A DNA stretch of 64,000 nucleotides from Okamejei kenojei (Eukaryota): positions 8,866,001 to 8,930,000 of the forward strand of contig CM069174.1 of NCBI GenBank assembly GCA_035221665.1, written 5' to 3'. How positions within the stretch are numbered: position 1 is the first letter of the stretch; each line of letters opens with the position of its first letter. The position numbers and the translations under genes were made by a program. The notes below the pieces were generated by a model, which had not been told where the DNA came from, ran no database searches, and worked only from the letters and a program-made list of their open reading frames with translations. Below, piece after piece: positions 61,579-64,000 of this stretch.

Positions 61579-62634
61579 AGGTAGAAACAAAATACTGGAG
61601 TAACTCAGTTGGACAGGCAGCATCAAAGGAGAGAAGGAATGGGTGACGTTTCGGGTCAAAACACTTCTTTTGAACATCATCCATTCCTTCTTTCCAGATA
61701 TGCTGCCTGTCCCGCTGAGTTAATCACTTCCTCCCCGTGTACCTCGGAGTCACACTCGACAGGACACTCTCTTTCAAAACCCACCTTCAGAACACCAAAG
61801 CCAAGGTCAACACTCGCAACATCCTGCGCAAACGGATAAACTCAAAGTGGGGCGCTGATCCACCAACCATCCGTGCAACTCCCCTAGCCCTGTGCTTCTC
61901 CACAGCTGAATACGCTTGCTCAAGCTGGAGCCGCTCCCACCACATCAAACTGGTTGACACAGCCCTCAACAACACCTGCCGCATTATCACGGGATGCATA
62001 AAGACAACGCGTCCCATGCCTCTACGCCCTAGCTGGTATTGCACCCCCCCCCCCCATATTAGACGATCCATCGTCACCCAAGACGAGCGGAGAGCACAGG
62101 AGATCGATACCAGGCACCCCTTGTACGGACACACAGCACCTCTACCCCGACTGAAATCCAGAGCCAGTTTCTTGCAGACAGTCCCACCTCTCCAGACAAC
62201 CAAAGAAACAGCAAGGACCAACATCTGGAAAGATGAATGGAACCAGCTCAACACACAAGCCCACGACTGGATAGAGAGAGGAATCGCTCCGACTGAATGC
62301 CTCGCCAGCGGGCACGACCTCCCATGGCCAACCTGGAAGACCCTCAACAGATTACGAGTGGAGCAGGGGAGGTGCAAAGCACTTATGAAAGCATGGAACT
62401 ACCAGGCAGAAGACACATGCAGCTGTGAAGCAGTACAGACAATGTCCCATATACTGGAGTGTGACGACGCCCCCCAGTGCAGCCCCCAGGACCTGGCTGC
62501 ACCGACCCAACCAGCTGTGACCTGCACCAGATACTGGCAGAACGACATCTGAGATTGCAATGGACTCGAAGAAGAATCCAGCATTTTGTGTCTATCTTCG
62601 GTTCAAACCAGCATCTGCAGTTCCTTCCTAGACA
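61579..62634. mobile_element. Fold-back PLE-derived element split by a LINE (parts at 61579-61722 and 62577-62634)
   Basis: The left part ends CCCGCTGAGTTA and the right part resumes TCCAGCATTTTGTGTC. Imperfect TSD TGAGATGAC(C)AAAG at 61567-61580 and 62637-62649. Confidence 0.8.
61723..62576 (+). mobile_element. 5'-truncated Vingi/Ingi-type (I-group) LINE: RT end, C-terminal CCHC, (GAA)n tail
   Basis: ORF 61737-62552: YLGVTLDRTLSFK...KWGADP...LALCFSTAEYAC...ITGC...WKTLNRLR...CSCEAVQTMSHILEC...YWQNDI, with no RNase H. A short frameshifted segment at about 62010-62050 reads CLYALAGIAPP in another frame. Tail GAAGAAGAA. Confidence 0.78.
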
Positions 62635-63284
62635 ATTGAGATGACAAAGCTTTATTCCAATTTTTTTTTCTGCATTATGACATAAGAGCTTATTTTAAAA
62701 ACGAAATTAACAGCTTAGTTAATTCTCACACACAACTTTTTCTCATGCATTATTTAAGTTAACTCAGCTGAAGAGACACTAGCAGCTGATACAACCACAA
62801 TCTTGTTCAACGACTATCATCTTCATAATGAGCAAGGCTTAAAAACAATGACAGAAAAGGTTATTCAACCCTTGAGCAGCAGATTTTACTTTGCACAACT
62901 GTTACCCAAAAATATTGGGTAAAATTACAACTAATTCAACTTCTGCCAAAACAAAATTCGCTTGAATAAAGTTGGCCGCATTCATAAATTGAAATCTTCC
63001 AAATTTTGATTTGTTGGACAAGTGTGACATATTTTCTGTTAAGGGCATGTTATGAAATGCCCTACATCACTTCAGGATGCAGTCAAAAGGAAGACATCAG
63101 GAGTTATGCAGTTAGGCAAGATTTTCTACCTAAAATAGACTCACAAACCCAACAACATAGAAGCAGTTAAGAGTAGAGTGGTAGAGATGGGTATCATCAA
63201 ATACAAACATGGAAGTTATGCTCATTTGAATGAGCATAGCTCCCATGTTTCGGGCATATAAAGTCCATCGGGCATATAGAGTCA

Positions 63285-63555
63285 GTGCCAGAGTCATTCA
63301 GCACAGAAACAGGCCATTCAGCCCAATTTGCCCATGCCGACCAAGATACTTGTCCCACCTGTCCACATCTGGCCCATATCCCTCAAAACCTTTCCTATGT
63401 GTGCACCTGTCCAGATGTCTTTTAAATGCTGTTATAGTACTTGCCTCAACGGCCTCCTCTGGCAGCTTGTTGCATATACCCACCACTCAATGTGCGAAAA
63501 TGTTGCCCCTCAGGTCCCTATTAAATCTTTCCCCTCCTACCTTCAACCTATGTCG
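63285..63555 (-). mobile_element. CR1 LINE 3' tail
   Basis: Minus ORF CNKLPEEAVEASTITAFKRHLDR...EGYGP and the tail CAGCACAGAAACAGGCCATTCAGCCC. Confidence 0.85.
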
Positions 63556-64000
63556 TCTGCGTACGACAAAGGTAGCAACCAGCTGCAGATCCTTGGAAAT
63601 TCAGAATATGAATGGAAATGGGACACAAATAAATCTTGACACAGTTGGATGCAGTAGAATGAAACCACAGACAGTCCCAGTGCGCCAGAAACAGATGAGG
63701 CATCATAGGAAGATGGTGTAGCCACCATATTGAAGACAGTGGAAATGTTAAGAAAGGATATTATGGTATGCTCACAATTACAGATGAAGGTTGTGATTTT
63801 GATTAAGACTATCTTGGTCAGTGCTGTTAGAGTAGCTGTGCTTTAGGAATGGTGGATATGCAATTGGGAAGTAAAGCAAAACAAACACATTTGAAGGCTA
63901 TGAAGGAAATGGAGACTGAAAAGAAAAACATGCAAATAGCCAAGGGTAGCGAGACAATTTCTATCAGGCTCAGGAATTATGTGTAATTTAATTAAGATGG

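Overview
Vertebrate genomic DNA, almost certainly from a cartilaginous fish (skate/ray-like, inferred from its repeat families). The main feature is an Ikaros-family gene on the minus strand, identified as IKZF4/Eos. Six coding exons (60173-60069, 42850-42590, 40618-40451, 32270-32121, 25547-25413, 23950-23226) splice into one open frame of about 514 aa with 4 N-terminal and 2 C-terminal C2H2 fingers. The start-codon exon lies beyond the right edge. A probably very long 3'UTR (8-12.6 kb, two candidate poly(A) sites) follows. At the left edge a CpG-island promoter (TATA box, TOP-like start, ATG-only first exon) probably belongs to RPS26, the neighbour of IKZF4 in mammals. The rest is dense with mobile elements: CR1, RTE, L1-like and Vingi LINE fragments, HE1-like and Deu-domain SINEs, and Penelope-like elements (PLEs). 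The two most striking signals are (i) about 20 short PLE-derived elements, many retaining a minimal hammerhead-ribozyme core, several as fold-back palindromes with 11-16 bp target-site duplications (TSDs), and (ii) an intronic 498-bp TIR element with a 6-bp TSD carrying a tandem array of CRE, GC-box and E2F/E-box motifs. Family names come from recognition of remembered consensus sequences; no searches were run.
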